IMG/VR virus record: IMGVR_UViG_3300033571_009404
Location: 186,001-250,000 of that record
Length of the DNA: 64,000 nucleotides
Reading direction: 5' to 3' (one strand)
Made by a program: the position numbers and the translations under genes. This document shows positions 10,691-19,765 of this stretch, one piece after another (within the stretch, counting starts at the first letter, position 1; each line of letters begins with the position of its first letter). Below the pieces are notes generated by a model, which did not search any database, was not told where the DNA came from, and saw nothing but the letters and a program-made list of their open reading frames with translations.

Positions 10691-11290
10691 TTACTTCACA
10701 TGACTACGCATGACATCAGCCAAGGAACGATACACCGGCACGCCATAGGCTTGGGCGATCGATTCCAGTGCAGGAGTCAGATCAACGACCTTCTCGTCTT
10801 TCATGACTTCCTTGCCATCTTCACCGATTTGGGTACCGTCAATGACGATAGCCACTTCTTTACTGATGTCACCGTCTTCGGACTCTTCCATACGACGTTG
10901 GAATTCTTCCGTGATCTCAGTCACATCGCCAGAGGTCACCGAGTCATTGGGGAAACCATAGACGATAGTCACGTTCGAGGAGTCTTGCGCGTCTTCAGGA
11001 GCGATACGGTCAAGCATCTGCTCTAAGAGCTGTTGATCCTGTGCTGCCGACTCTAAGGCCGGAGTTGCTTCTTCACCGACTTCTGCTTCTTCGGTCACAG
11101 GGTCTTTCTTGGAGTAAGCCACTTGCAGGGCTTGGGTCATCATTTCAGCCATCGGTCCCTTGAAGACGAACGACTTCTCTTGTTCGTACTCCTCGATACG
11201 TTGACCTTGAATCGGAGTGGGCTTCTCTTCCTGGATAGTAGGATCGAAGTCCTCCAGGGAAGCGCGCAGTTTCTGTTGTTTGCTCATCAT
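10691..11290 (-). CDS. Acidic probable head/inner-body protein with prohead-protease-type cleavage sites
   Basis: 199 aa, very acidic; ASLE, PALES and PALES motifs fit the S/A/G-x-E specificity of the phiKZ head protease. Confidence 0.6.
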   Translation of the reverse strand: MMSKQQKLRASLEDFDPTIQEEKPTPIQGQRIEEYEQEKSFVFKGPMAEMMTQALQVAYSKKDPVTEEAEVGEEATPALESAAQDQQLLEQMLDRIAPEDAQDSSNVTIVYGFPNDSVTSGDVTEITEEFQRRMEESEDGDISKEVAIVIDGTQIGEDGKEVMKDEKVVDLTPALESIAQAYGVPVYRSLADVMRSHVK

Positions 11291-11508
11291 TCATCCTAGG
11301 GTGGTTGGAGACAGATATTGCTATCTACATGATTGTGGGTAGAATCAAACTAAACGAAGACACATATCACTAGAAGGAGTAGGGTGTCCTAGCAAGATGA
11401 CTTATTAAAGGTCATGAGAGCCTCTAGGAGCTGTTAATTTAGGTTAAGGGTAGATTCTAGTGTCTACTTCAAATGAATGGCTTATAAAGCCTCTAATGGA
11501 GAGTAGTA

Positions 11509-11901
11509 ATGAAGAGGATGATTGAGATCTTTAACGAAGTGTGGGTGACTGCTACTATCACCACTATCTGGAATCGTTACTGGGGAACTGAGAAGGGATT
11601 GTTTGGAGGGATCTTTACCCATCCGGCTTATCCCTTGTGGGTACCACCGGGTGTCATCAGTCAGATGACCAGTCACTATGGCTACCGTATCTTAGTCATT
11701 GGTACTAAACTTGGGTCAGTGGCTGTGTATGTGATTAAGGTAGGTAAGGGAGACGTTGAGGTGCGAGTGTGTGCTCATCCTGATGTCATTAGAAAGAGTG
11801 GCTTAAACGTCAGTAAGATCAGTGAGGCTGATTTACGGTGGATACTGGGCTATGACGATGCCATTGTCAGTTTAAGTACTGAGATGAATATTGAGGAGTA
11901 A
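11509..11901 (+). CDS. Hypothetical protein
   Basis: 130 aa, GGAG SD, downstream of an ACATATCACT motif at 11362. Confidence 0.55.
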   Translation: MKRMIEIFNEVWVTATITTIWNRYWGTEKGLFGGIFTHPAYPLWVPPGVISQMTSHYGYRILVIGTKLGSVAVYVIKVGKGDVEVRVCAHPDVIRKSGLNVSKISEADLRWILGYDDAIVSLSTEMNIEE

Positions 11902-12034
11902 TGTAAAAGTTTACAGTGCTGTATATGTTATGCAGAGACTTGCTATCTCTGTAGGGGCCAATGCCAGTCATTGTCTGTCAAATCTCTAGGGATCCTATGA
12001 CTTATATTTAATATATAGGAGTTATTACATAGGG

Positions 12035-12292
12035 TATACTACACTCCTTTAGAGAGTGTAGAGTAGTGACGACTGAGTGGAGTGTAACGTAACAAAGGAG
12101 GAGTGTACTGAATTGATCAGACACTCTAAGAGACTCTACAGATGTAATGAAACGAAGATAGCTAGCATTGAAGGGTAGGAAGAAAACTCTCTATGAGAAG
12201 AATAGAGATGATAGAGACCTACTCTACAAAAACTCTTTTAGAAAAGATGACATATAACAGGAGAGTTTAAGTACTCTCCCTTTATGACGTCA
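12035..12292. repeat. Non-coding tract of short ACTCT/AGAG(T) direct and inverted repeats
   Basis: At least six ACTC(T/C) copies and several AGAG copies form small hairpins (e.g. TACACACTC-CTTTA-GAGAGTGTA; GGAGAG-TTTAAGTA-CTCTCC); no ORF. Confidence 0.5.
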
Positions 12293-12314
12293 GTTTACAA
12301 GAAAGGATAGAAAG

Positions 12315-12533
12315 ATGGCTACACCTGATAAACCTGATCAGCAGAATAAACCCAACTCCCAGAAGAGATCGTTAAGTAAGATCGATCGTCTGAATGCTCA
12401 TATCGGCTTAGCTACGCTGTATATCCATCATGCTAATAGCTCAATGACGGAATTGAATGACCGTCGTGAGATGATGGCTAAGGCTAAAGCTCACACAAGT
12501 AAAGCTGAAGTACTTTTGAAGAGTGTGGGGTAA
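12315..12533 (+). CDS. Small basic hypothetical protein
   Basis: 72 aa, AAGGA SD; first gene of the accessory array. Confidence 0.55.
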   Translation: MATPDKPDQQNKPNSQKRSLSKIDRLNAHIGLATLYIHHANSSMTELNDRREMMAKAKAHTSKAEVLLKSVG

Positions 12534-13227
12534 GATGATGGAACACGTAACGAAAGATGATCGTGAAGTGGTAATGAACTTTATTACTGACTTCAGTCGC
12601 AGGGTAGGTGCACGTTGGTATGGTTTTGATGAACAGGAGCGTCAACACCATTACCACAAGAAGGAATGGGAATTGGAACATGGTCGGGTAGTATTCACTT
12701 CTCTGAATGCCTTCTTGAATAACTACCGCTTTACTCTGGAGCAGGGTTTCGATGCTGTGCAGTATCGGGTGCGTTTGCCTGAAGGTATTGATGAAGTCAC
12801 TGGCAATAGCTTAATCGCAGAACTGAATAGCTTCCCCTACTTCTATTTTTCGCTGGTAGATTGGATAGAGTCGATCACAATAGCAGATCGACCATTGCCT
12901 GGTTATCATGTTGATAGTTTTCTTGTAGACAGTCAACAGATCATCTACAACTTCATGAAGGACTATGAAGGTAACTATCGCGGATGTTTGGAGTTTACCT
13001 CGAATGCCAATCAGGTGGAAGTACTTGTTGAGCTAGTGCATAGCAACGGGGGTCGTACTGAGTACTTGACACCACTGCTGACTGTGAAGGTTGACATCCC
13101 TGTGATGTTGGACTGCATGAATCGCTTTGGTGGTAAAGTGTACGACACACGCTACAAGTACTTCCGTAGTACGAATGACAACATGGAAGGATTGCTACAC
13201 ATCAGTCAAACTGATGAAAAGCAGTAA
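12523..13227 (+). CDS. Hypothetical protein, paralog of 14397..15107 (start probably 12535/12538)
   Basis: C-terminal FGGKVYDTRYKYFRSTNDNMEGLLH aligns by eye with FGVDVVDTRHLSSLSKNEGMDKLLH. Confidence 0.7.
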   Translation: MWGKMMEHVTKDDREVVMNFITDFSRRVGARWYGFDEQERQHHYHKKEWELEHGRVVFTSLNAFLNNYRFTLEQGFDAVQYRVRLPEGIDEVTGNSLIAELNSFPYFYFSLVDWIESITIADRPLPGYHVDSFLVDSQQIIYNFMKDYEGNYRGCLEFTSNANQVEVLVELVHSNGGRTEYLTPLLTVKVDIPVMLDCMNRFGGKVYDTRYKYFRSTNDNMEGLLHISQTDEKQ

Positions 13228-13255
13228 AGACATTTAACTTTTAAGGAGCCCTATA

Positions 13256-13819
13256 ATGGCTAGTAATGACGAAATCGGTCTTCGCATTGCACGCATTAAC
13301 AGCAATGCTCAATGGATCAAAGAGATCATGGATTTGAATAAGCAGTCCATGACCTCTGGTAACATGGAGTTCGGTAAGTACGACACGGTGGTTACCGACT
13401 ATCCCTTGACGACGGGTGATGTAGTTAAGGTCGTCACCCGTCTGATGATCATCGACGACCCTGCATTGCATCTGTCGTTGGTGTTATTGACCAATGAACG
13501 TGAAGTCGATCCCAGACTGATGAAGCTGGTTAATCTCCTGAAGGATACCTGGGAGGGTCAGTTGCCTGGATTCATCATGCGGGGTCTGTTGATTGATGTC
13601 AAGATCAAAGAACGCGACCATCGTCTGGAGATGGTGTTGCAGAAGATGCAGCAGTTCATCATGGAAGCAAATGCTCAAGGTGGTTTTGACAGCGACTATG
13701 CTTGTGCGTATTCGGATAAGCTGAAAGAACCTCGGCTCTGCATTAACCTGTCTAGCCGTCGTGACAGGAATCCGTTTGCTACCATCACTCTCCCCTATAG
13801 CCACTGGAAGGATCTGTAA
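13256..13819 (+). CDS. Hypothetical protein, accessory paralog family A
   Basis: 187 aa, AAGGAG SD; C-terminal LCINLSSRRDRNPFATITLPY motif. Confidence 0.7.
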   Translation: MASNDEIGLRIARINSNAQWIKEIMDLNKQSMTSGNMEFGKYDTVVTDYPLTTGDVVKVVTRLMIIDDPALHLSLVLLTNEREVDPRLMKLVNLLKDTWEGQLPGFIMRGLLIDVKIKERDHRLEMVLQKMQQFIMEANAQGGFDSDYACAYSDKLKEPRLCINLSSRRDRNPFATITLPYSHWKDL

Positions 13820-14394
13820 TGAATAAAGCCGGTATGGAAAGCCACATGCATGCACTGAACAAGTCGAGCTTGTCGCATGTGGAACGTAATGACAGGAACC
13901 TGGTCTTGCCTGGTCGCCAGACAGTGGAAATGCTCTTTGGTCTGGAGAGCTGTTTCCAAAGTGTACACCCTGTGGATCTGTATCAGAATGGGAAGGTGAT
14001 CACGACGGTCAATGTGGCCACTCGTGTGATTCCTTCTGAAGGTCAGGGGATGTATATCGACTTCCGTTACAAGTGCAACAAGAAAGACATGGGCTTGTGG
14101 GAAGATCTGGAACTGGCTTGGATCAATAACGATCGACGTCTCTGGGACTTCTGGAAACAGATCATAGGCTTTGCATCGTACTACAGTGGACTGAACCATG
14201 TGATTGAGTCCATGGACAACTACGCACACCGCATGCAAGATCAGACGTTTGTGGTGTGCAATGAAGAGATGCTGGTCAATGAAGATCAAGTCACACCGCA
14301 GTTGATCATTTCGTTTTCGATGCGTACGGACCGTATGGCTTTTTATGCCATTGAAATCCCGTATGCTATTTTCAAACGTGTAAAGGAAAATTAA
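13819..14394 (+). CDS. Hypothetical protein, accessory paralog family A
   Basis: 191 aa, TAATG stop/start overlap; C-terminal LIISFSMRTDRMAFYAIEIPY. Confidence 0.7.
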   Translation: MNKAGMESHMHALNKSSLSHVERNDRNLVLPGRQTVEMLFGLESCFQSVHPVDLYQNGKVITTVNVATRVIPSEGQGMYIDFRYKCNKKDMGLWEDLELAWINNDRRLWDFWKQIIGFASYYSGLNHVIESMDNYAHRMQDQTFVVCNEEMLVNEDQVTPQLIISFSMRTDRMAFYAIEIPYAIFKRVKEN

Positions 14395-14396
14395 TC

Positions 14397-15107
14397 ATGG
14401 TATCCGATAAGAATCAAAAAGCAGTTGTTAAGATGGTCAACCAAATCCGTGAGGATATGCAGGTTGGTCATGCTACTGCAAAGTCACGCGGTTGGTATGA
14501 AGTGGTGGTGGACTTCCCGCACACTCTGCAATCGGTCAGGCTGTGCAGTGGTCGTGAAATCACTGATGAAGTGCAGAGTCTGGATTACCACATCGTCGTG
14601 GGCGTACCTGTTCTTCAACATCTGGATCGTGAGCTGTTCGTCAAGCGTTACGGTCACTGGCTGAAGACGGCTCGTGTTTTCATTCCTGCTTTTCTGTACT
14701 GGCTGGAAGATATCAAGGATCGTACTTTCCAACAGATCCCCATGAATCAAAGCATGGAAAGCCATGGCGCCTATGTGGGCTACGCTATCGAAGATGTCAT
14801 GAAGGTCTATGATGGTGAACACCAGACCTATCTGCGTGAAATCACCCTCATCAACGATGCTGAAGAAACCTGGGTGGAAATCGCAATCATGGCCAAAGTG
14901 TTGTCGAATGGCAAGTCGGTCAGTCGCGTTGTCACCATGTTGGGCTTTTCCCTGTCACTGCTGGATGAGTACGTATCGCAGTTCGGTGTAGATGTTGTTG
15001 ACACCCGTCATCTGTCCAGTCTCAGCAAGAATGAAGGCATGGACAAACTGCTTCACTGGCATGACGATGTGAAATGGGAAGGCGAGGTCAACAATGTCCA
15101 AAGCTGA
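14397..15107 (+). CDS. Hypothetical protein, paralog of 12523..13227
   Basis: 236 aa, AAGGA SD; shares the C-terminal FG..V.DTR.....N..M..LLH motif. Confidence 0.7.
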   Translation: MVSDKNQKAVVKMVNQIREDMQVGHATAKSRGWYEVVVDFPHTLQSVRLCSGREITDEVQSLDYHIVVGVPVLQHLDRELFVKRYGHWLKTARVFIPAFLYWLEDIKDRTFQQIPMNQSMESHGAYVGYAIEDVMKVYDGEHQTYLREITLINDAEETWVEIAIMAKVLSNGKSVSRVVTMLGFSLSLLDEYVSQFGVDVVDTRHLSSLSKNEGMDKLLHWHDDVKWEGEVNNVQS

Positions 15108-15687
15108 GGATAAAGTTACAGATCACCTGAATGATCTGATAGCTGTTCTTCACTCCATCAACGTGAAAAGCAATACACCTTCTAATTCACGTGAAGAGTG
15201 TGTGGTGGTTGAGTTCTCGGATGAAACCATTAATAGCTCTGAATTCACTATCGTGGAATTCGACGATGTTTACGAAAGTGATTGCATGACGGTGGGGACT
15301 GCCTGGATCAATACACGTAATCTTCCTGCATTGGGAGACACCCTGTATATCGGTGTGGATTACGTGGGATATGGCAAGGGTGAACAATTCCAAGCACAAT
15401 GCCAATCGTTGATTGGTACTCACTGGGAGTTGGTCGATAAACTGAAGGGATTCAGAAACAGCAAGTATACCCTGCCAGCTCGACTGAAGTACATGGCCGA
15501 GATCCTCGCTGATAGCATTGACAATGCTGGTGATGCTGGTACTACTTTCCAGATAGATGGCAAGTGGGTTGAGAAAGTCAACACTGAGTCCGTTCACGTT
15601 ACTCTTAGCGCCCGGCCTGACCGCCAGGCTTTTATGACCTTAAAATTTACGACTCGCATGTTCAAAGAGTTGTTTGGAGAACAATAA
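15094..15687 (+). CDS. Hypothetical protein, accessory paralog family A
   Basis: 197 aa; C-terminal VHVTLSARPDRQAFMTLKF. Confidence 0.7.
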   Translation: MSKAEDKVTDHLNDLIAVLHSINVKSNTPSNSREECVVVEFSDETINSSEFTIVEFDDVYESDCMTVGTAWINTRNLPALGDTLYIGVDYVGYGKGEQFQAQCQSLIGTHWELVDKLKGFRNSKYTLPARLKYMAEILADSIDNAGDAGTTFQIDGKWVEKVNTESVHVTLSARPDRQAFMTLKFTTRMFKELFGEQ

Positions 15688-16292
15688 TGGCAATGACGTC
15701 TGTATTAACCGATGCACAACGTGCACACCTTCACACCACCATGGCGCACGAGATGGTGCGCGAAATTGTACTCAATGGTGGTAAGCCGATGTTTGGCGGT
15801 GATTACGTTCTGATGAGCATCAATGGCAATGCCGTAGATAGCATCATCTTATCGTCACCTAAAGAAGATATCATCCAGGGCGATTATCTGGGTTATTGTG
15901 TTTCAGTCATGGGTTCAGATCCACTCACCGAATCCGAGCAAGTCATGCTGAATGACCTGACTGATGATCGTACCGAATTCTTCTCAGGCTTCTTCGAATG
16001 GTACTTTGCCAATTACAGCCAGTACACCACAAGTAACTTCTCGGCAGCTGCACTGGCCTTGAACTCAATCCTGAAACGTAATAAGGACATCGATCTCCCG
16101 GTTCAAAAGAACTTGCAGATCGAGTCTGGCGTTGAATGTGTGGTTCCTTACAGGGAAGTTCATCTGAATTTCCACCTGATCAAGAATCGTCAACCGATGC
16201 GTCCCATCGATCAAAAGGTGTTGAGGATCAAGATCCCCTACGCAGCTTTTGTCTTGTACGCAAAGACCAAGGGTTACGAACAAGCAGCATAA
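15687..16292 (+). CDS. Hypothetical protein, accessory paralog family A
   Basis: 201 aa, TAATG overlap; C-terminal VHLNFHL...VLRIKIPYAAF. Confidence 0.7.
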   Translation: MAMTSVLTDAQRAHLHTTMAHEMVREIVLNGGKPMFGGDYVLMSINGNAVDSIILSSPKEDIIQGDYLGYCVSVMGSDPLTESEQVMLNDLTDDRTEFFSGFFEWYFANYSQYTTSNFSAAALALNSILKRNKDIDLPVQKNLQIESGVECVVPYREVHLNFHLIKNRQPMRPIDQKVLRIKIPYAAFVLYAKTKGYEQAA

Positions 16293-16301
16293 AGGATAAA
16301 C

Positions 16302-16919
16302 ATGAACAAGTCCCTCAAAGGCATTGTTGAACTGGAACACTGCCTGCGTTTGACTCTGGAAGGATATCGAGGCGAACGTATCCAGCGTTCGCCTGATGGT
16401 TGTTATCCACCACTCACCTATGGCCATCTGGTCAATGGCCAATTCATGCTGGTGACTTCGCATCGTGAATCGATCTTCTCCCAGAACGTTAGCGTTGAGT
16501 ATGGGAAGTTCATGCTGGCTTATGAACTGACCTACGACTGTGTACCCAACACAGTCACAGAAGACGATCTGTTAACTATGGCGTACGTCGCCAGTGATCT
16601 GGGACATTTCATGCAGGACTTTAGCTTGTGGTTCAGTCAGAACTCAGCTAAGTATATCCACGAGTCGGTCTCCAAGAAGTTCGCCGACATGATCAATGGT
16701 TGTAATGTCCAGATTCATCGCTGGTCTCTTTACAACCGTACTCCGTGGATGTCGATCCCTGTGCAAGAAAAAGCCGACAGTGAAATGAAATCGACCAGCA
16801 TCAACACGAAGGTCATGATCTGTCGATTGAACTACCGGGATGAACGTGGTGAATTGTTCCCCTTCTGGGAAATGGTCATCCCGTGGGTTCTGATCGAGGA
16901 ATACAATAAAACACTGTAA
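16302..16919 (+). CDS. Hypothetical protein, accessory paralog family A
   Basis: 205 aa; C-terminal CRLNYRDERGELFPFWEMVIPW. Confidence 0.7.
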   Translation: MNKSLKGIVELEHCLRLTLEGYRGERIQRSPDGCYPPLTYGHLVNGQFMLVTSHRESIFSQNVSVEYGKFMLAYELTYDCVPNTVTEDDLLTMAYVASDLGHFMQDFSLWFSQNSAKYIHESVSKKFADMINGCNVQIHRWSLYNRTPWMSIPVQEKADSEMKSTSINTKVMICRLNYRDERGELFPFWEMVIPWVLIEEYNKTL

Positions 16920-16926
16920 AGGAAAA

Positions 16927-18237
16927 GTGATGATCAACAACAATACCGCGTTGATTAAGTTCAACGTGAAAGTGTTGGGCAGTCGTATGGAAACTGTTTT
17001 CGAGCGTTGGAAGAATAATGACTCATTCTTCATCAACAAAGAAAAGCCTAGCGATAAACCCGTCACTGGTTATGGTGGTTGCATTTCCATACCAGACACC
17101 AGCACCATGATGTTGATTTCCCAGACTGATCGGGATTTCGATGAAGAAGAGTATTTCCAGTTGCGTGTGGATTGGATGCCGGGTAGTGACAACGAAATCA
17201 TCATCTCTCAAGAAAAGACTCGTCAGTATTTGAATGAGAAGTTCAAGAAGTTGCATTCGATTGCTGACGTTCAAATGCTTCTTCTGAAGTTGAGTCATGA
17301 CATTGCACCGCATCACGAGCGTGCTTGCAATCTTTTGGTTGATCTTGGTCAAGTTGTAACTGACTTCATCGAGGAATACGATAACACTGAGTATGAATCT
17401 GCAACCAGTGTGATCATGAACCAAAACATGATCGACTTCTTGGGTTATGGGACTGATGGTGGTGTGCGGATCTCCTTCATCTCTTCACGTAAGCAAAAAG
17501 AGATTGAAGAAGATTTCAAGAACCGGGAAATGTTCCATCTGCTGTTACCGATGGATTACGTTCAAGAGATCATCGAACGTGATGTACCGTCTGCACGCGC
17601 TGTTCCCAAGGTCAAGAACATCGTCGAAGTTCTGTTCAGTGAAATCCATGATCGGCATAAGCAGTATCTGGAATTCACGGATGTCTCGGAACCAGGCATT
17701 GCAACAGGTCCCTTGGGTAATCGGGAATACCACATTTCTCAACGTTCCTTGTTCGGTGACAATCCCTTAGTCACCTCGGACTACCATTCGAAGTTTGAAC
17801 GGCCGTTGGTTCGCGGAGATGAATGCTGGGATGTCTTGCAGATCAATCTGCGTCACTATGATCCGAAGTGGGAACAGTCTCCAGAGGATCGTGGTAACCA
17901 GCATGACAAGCTGATCGCCCTTTTGGAAGATCCGGCTCGGTTGATCTTATTCTTGACCTACTTGGGCTTTGAACCCAGTATTGAGAAGCTTCCGTATGGT
18001 GAGTTCTTCAAGTGGCTGGGTCCTCGTCTGGTTAAGGCACGGGAAGAAGGAATGAAGATCCAGGTGAACGTGATGCGAATTGCTACCGATCGTCTGGAAC
18101 AACTCAACGTCGAGTTTGCTTATGGTAAATTCACCAGTCATGTCACTGAAGCAACATACCAACATGGTCCTTGGATCTATTTCGGTATCGACGTCGATCA
18201 AATCCAAAAGACCATGAATGAGAAAGGATGGCAATGA
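16927..18237 (+). CDS. Hypothetical protein, probably two family-A domains in tandem
   Basis: 436 aa, about twice the unit length; VRISF...MFHLLLPMDY lies mid-protein and LNVEF...WIYFGIDVDQI at the end. Confidence 0.65.
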   Translation: MMINNNTALIKFNVKVLGSRMETVFERWKNNDSFFINKEKPSDKPVTGYGGCISIPDTSTMMLISQTDRDFDEEEYFQLRVDWMPGSDNEIIISQEKTRQYLNEKFKKLHSIADVQMLLLKLSHDIAPHHERACNLLVDLGQVVTDFIEEYDNTEYESATSVIMNQNMIDFLGYGTDGGVRISFISSRKQKEIEEDFKNREMFHLLLPMDYVQEIIERDVPSARAVPKVKNIVEVLFSEIHDRHKQYLEFTDVSEPGIATGPLGNREYHISQRSLFGDNPLVTSDYHSKFERPLVRGDECWDVLQINLRHYDPKWEQSPEDRGNQHDKLIALLEDPARLILFLTYLGFEPSIEKLPYGEFFKWLGPRLVKAREEGMKIQVNVMRIATDRLEQLNVEFAYGKFTSHVTEATYQHGPWIYFGIDVDQIQKTMNEKGWQ

Positions 18238-18818
18238 GTTACAACATCAGATCGCAACTCATCTCGTTTTCGGGATGTCTGCATTCGGAGCATTGGAGCT
18301 TCCCCAGAGACAACTGCGTCTGCACTCGTGTGATGATGGGTAATCGCAACCTCATGCATTCCAAGCACCTATCCTCCGATAATGCGGTAGTTGAATTGTC
18401 CACAGTACAGGTGATGTTAGATCATGACGGTGGCGCGCTGATTCCCCAATTGGTCATCGGTGTCTGTACTGATCGTCTGGCAAGTCCTGATGAGAACCAT
18501 AGCAACTTCAGGGCTTTCGCAGATCGTCGTAAGTTTATCGACAATCTGAGGAAGTTTGGTCTGACGCTGGATGACACTGAACCTACCAAGACGAGTGAGT
18601 CGTTTTTCCACTACCTGTCCCGTCGTCTGGAAGACTTCGAGTTCAGTGAAGATGAGAATAAGCGGATCCCCACACTGTACGTCAGGGATCAATTCATTTT
18701 CGGTCCAGTGGGGAAGACGGTAACATTGTCTTTCCGTCACGATACAGGTCATGGTACTGGTCTGCCATTTCTGACTATCGCAATGCCACAAGACATCTTC
18801 ACCAAGTACTTCCTGTAA
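18228..18818 (+). CDS. Hypothetical protein, accessory paralog family A
   Basis: 196 aa; C-terminal VTLSFRHD...LPFLTIAMPQDIF. Confidence 0.7.
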   Translation: MAMSYNIRSQLISFSGCLHSEHWSFPRDNCVCTRVMMGNRNLMHSKHLSSDNAVVELSTVQVMLDHDGGALIPQLVIGVCTDRLASPDENHSNFRAFADRRKFIDNLRKFGLTLDDTEPTKTSESFFHYLSRRLEDFEFSEDENKRIPTLYVRDQFIFGPVGKTVTLSFRHDTGHGTGLPFLTIAMPQDIFTKYFL

Positions 18819-18842
18819 GACCAAAACAAAAGGAGAGTAGTT

Positions 18843-19634
18843 ATGAGTATTGAAAACAATCAAGACGATCTGGTATCCATCCCAACGTCTTTGAATGTCC
18901 CTGTTGATGTTCTTATGCTCTTTTATAAGACCATCAGCAAGTGGGACGCCAAGTCGGATCAAGAGCGTGAATTGGTTACTCAGTTGAAAGCCATTCGCGA
19001 TCAGCGTTTGACGGTGTGGAAGAATGATTGCACCACTCTGTTCAAATACCTCTTGCGTGTGTTCGCTGATGTCAATGCTGTCCAGCAATCTGCAATTGCA
19101 AGTCTCAAGTTGGACGTTGGTCTGAATGACACTATGGATGAATACAAGAAATTGCATTCCATCTATAAATCCAGCCTGACGACTTTCGTTACCAACATTC
19201 ACATTCCAACCGAACCCGGTCAGTTCGATAGCTTGGAAATGCGTGTGGAGATATGCCCTACGTTCTACAAGGAATTCGCTGAAGGTGAAACAGCCCATGA
19301 CGATCTTGCTATCCTCAAGGATATGGTCATGGGGGTGTCTAACCCAGTCGAACATCGCATCTTGTATCAACTGTTGTCAATGATTCAAAAGTTGTGTCAA
19401 ATCAACTCCATTATCGGCATTCCCGGTCCGAAGTCTACCAACCGTGTGATGGAATTGGATGCGACTGACATTGGTGATGAACCTCGTCTGTTCGTTTTGA
19501 ATGTCGAAGGTCGTCAAGGGCAAAGCATCATCACTCTGGCTACTCTGGCGGTATCCTCAAAGGAGTTTCCCCTCATCAGTAGCGCCTTCTTTAAGAAGAA
19601 AAACCCTGACGAAGAACTTGCAGTGGTAGCTTGA
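18843..19634 (+). CDS. Hypothetical protein (helical/coiled N-half)
   Basis: 263 aa, AAGGAG SD. Confidence 0.7.
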   Translation: MSIENNQDDLVSIPTSLNVPVDVLMLFYKTISKWDAKSDQERELVTQLKAIRDQRLTVWKNDCTTLFKYLLRVFADVNAVQQSAIASLKLDVGLNDTMDEYKKLHSIYKSSLTTFVTNIHIPTEPGQFDSLEMRVEICPTFYKEFAEGETAHDDLAILKDMVMGVSNPVEHRILYQLLSMIQKLCQINSIIGIPGPKSTNRVMELDATDIGDEPRLFVLNVEGRQGQSIITLATLAVSSKEFPLISSAFFKKKNPDEELAVVA

Positions 19635-19765
19635 TGTAAATCATTATGTCTTCTGGAAAGAAGAACTAGATTTCAGCCTGCAATAAATTACTAGCGATGG
19701 CTATGTATTAGAAAGCGTCGCTAGTAACACTCTCTCTAAGTCTCTACGTAAACAAGGAATTCGCA

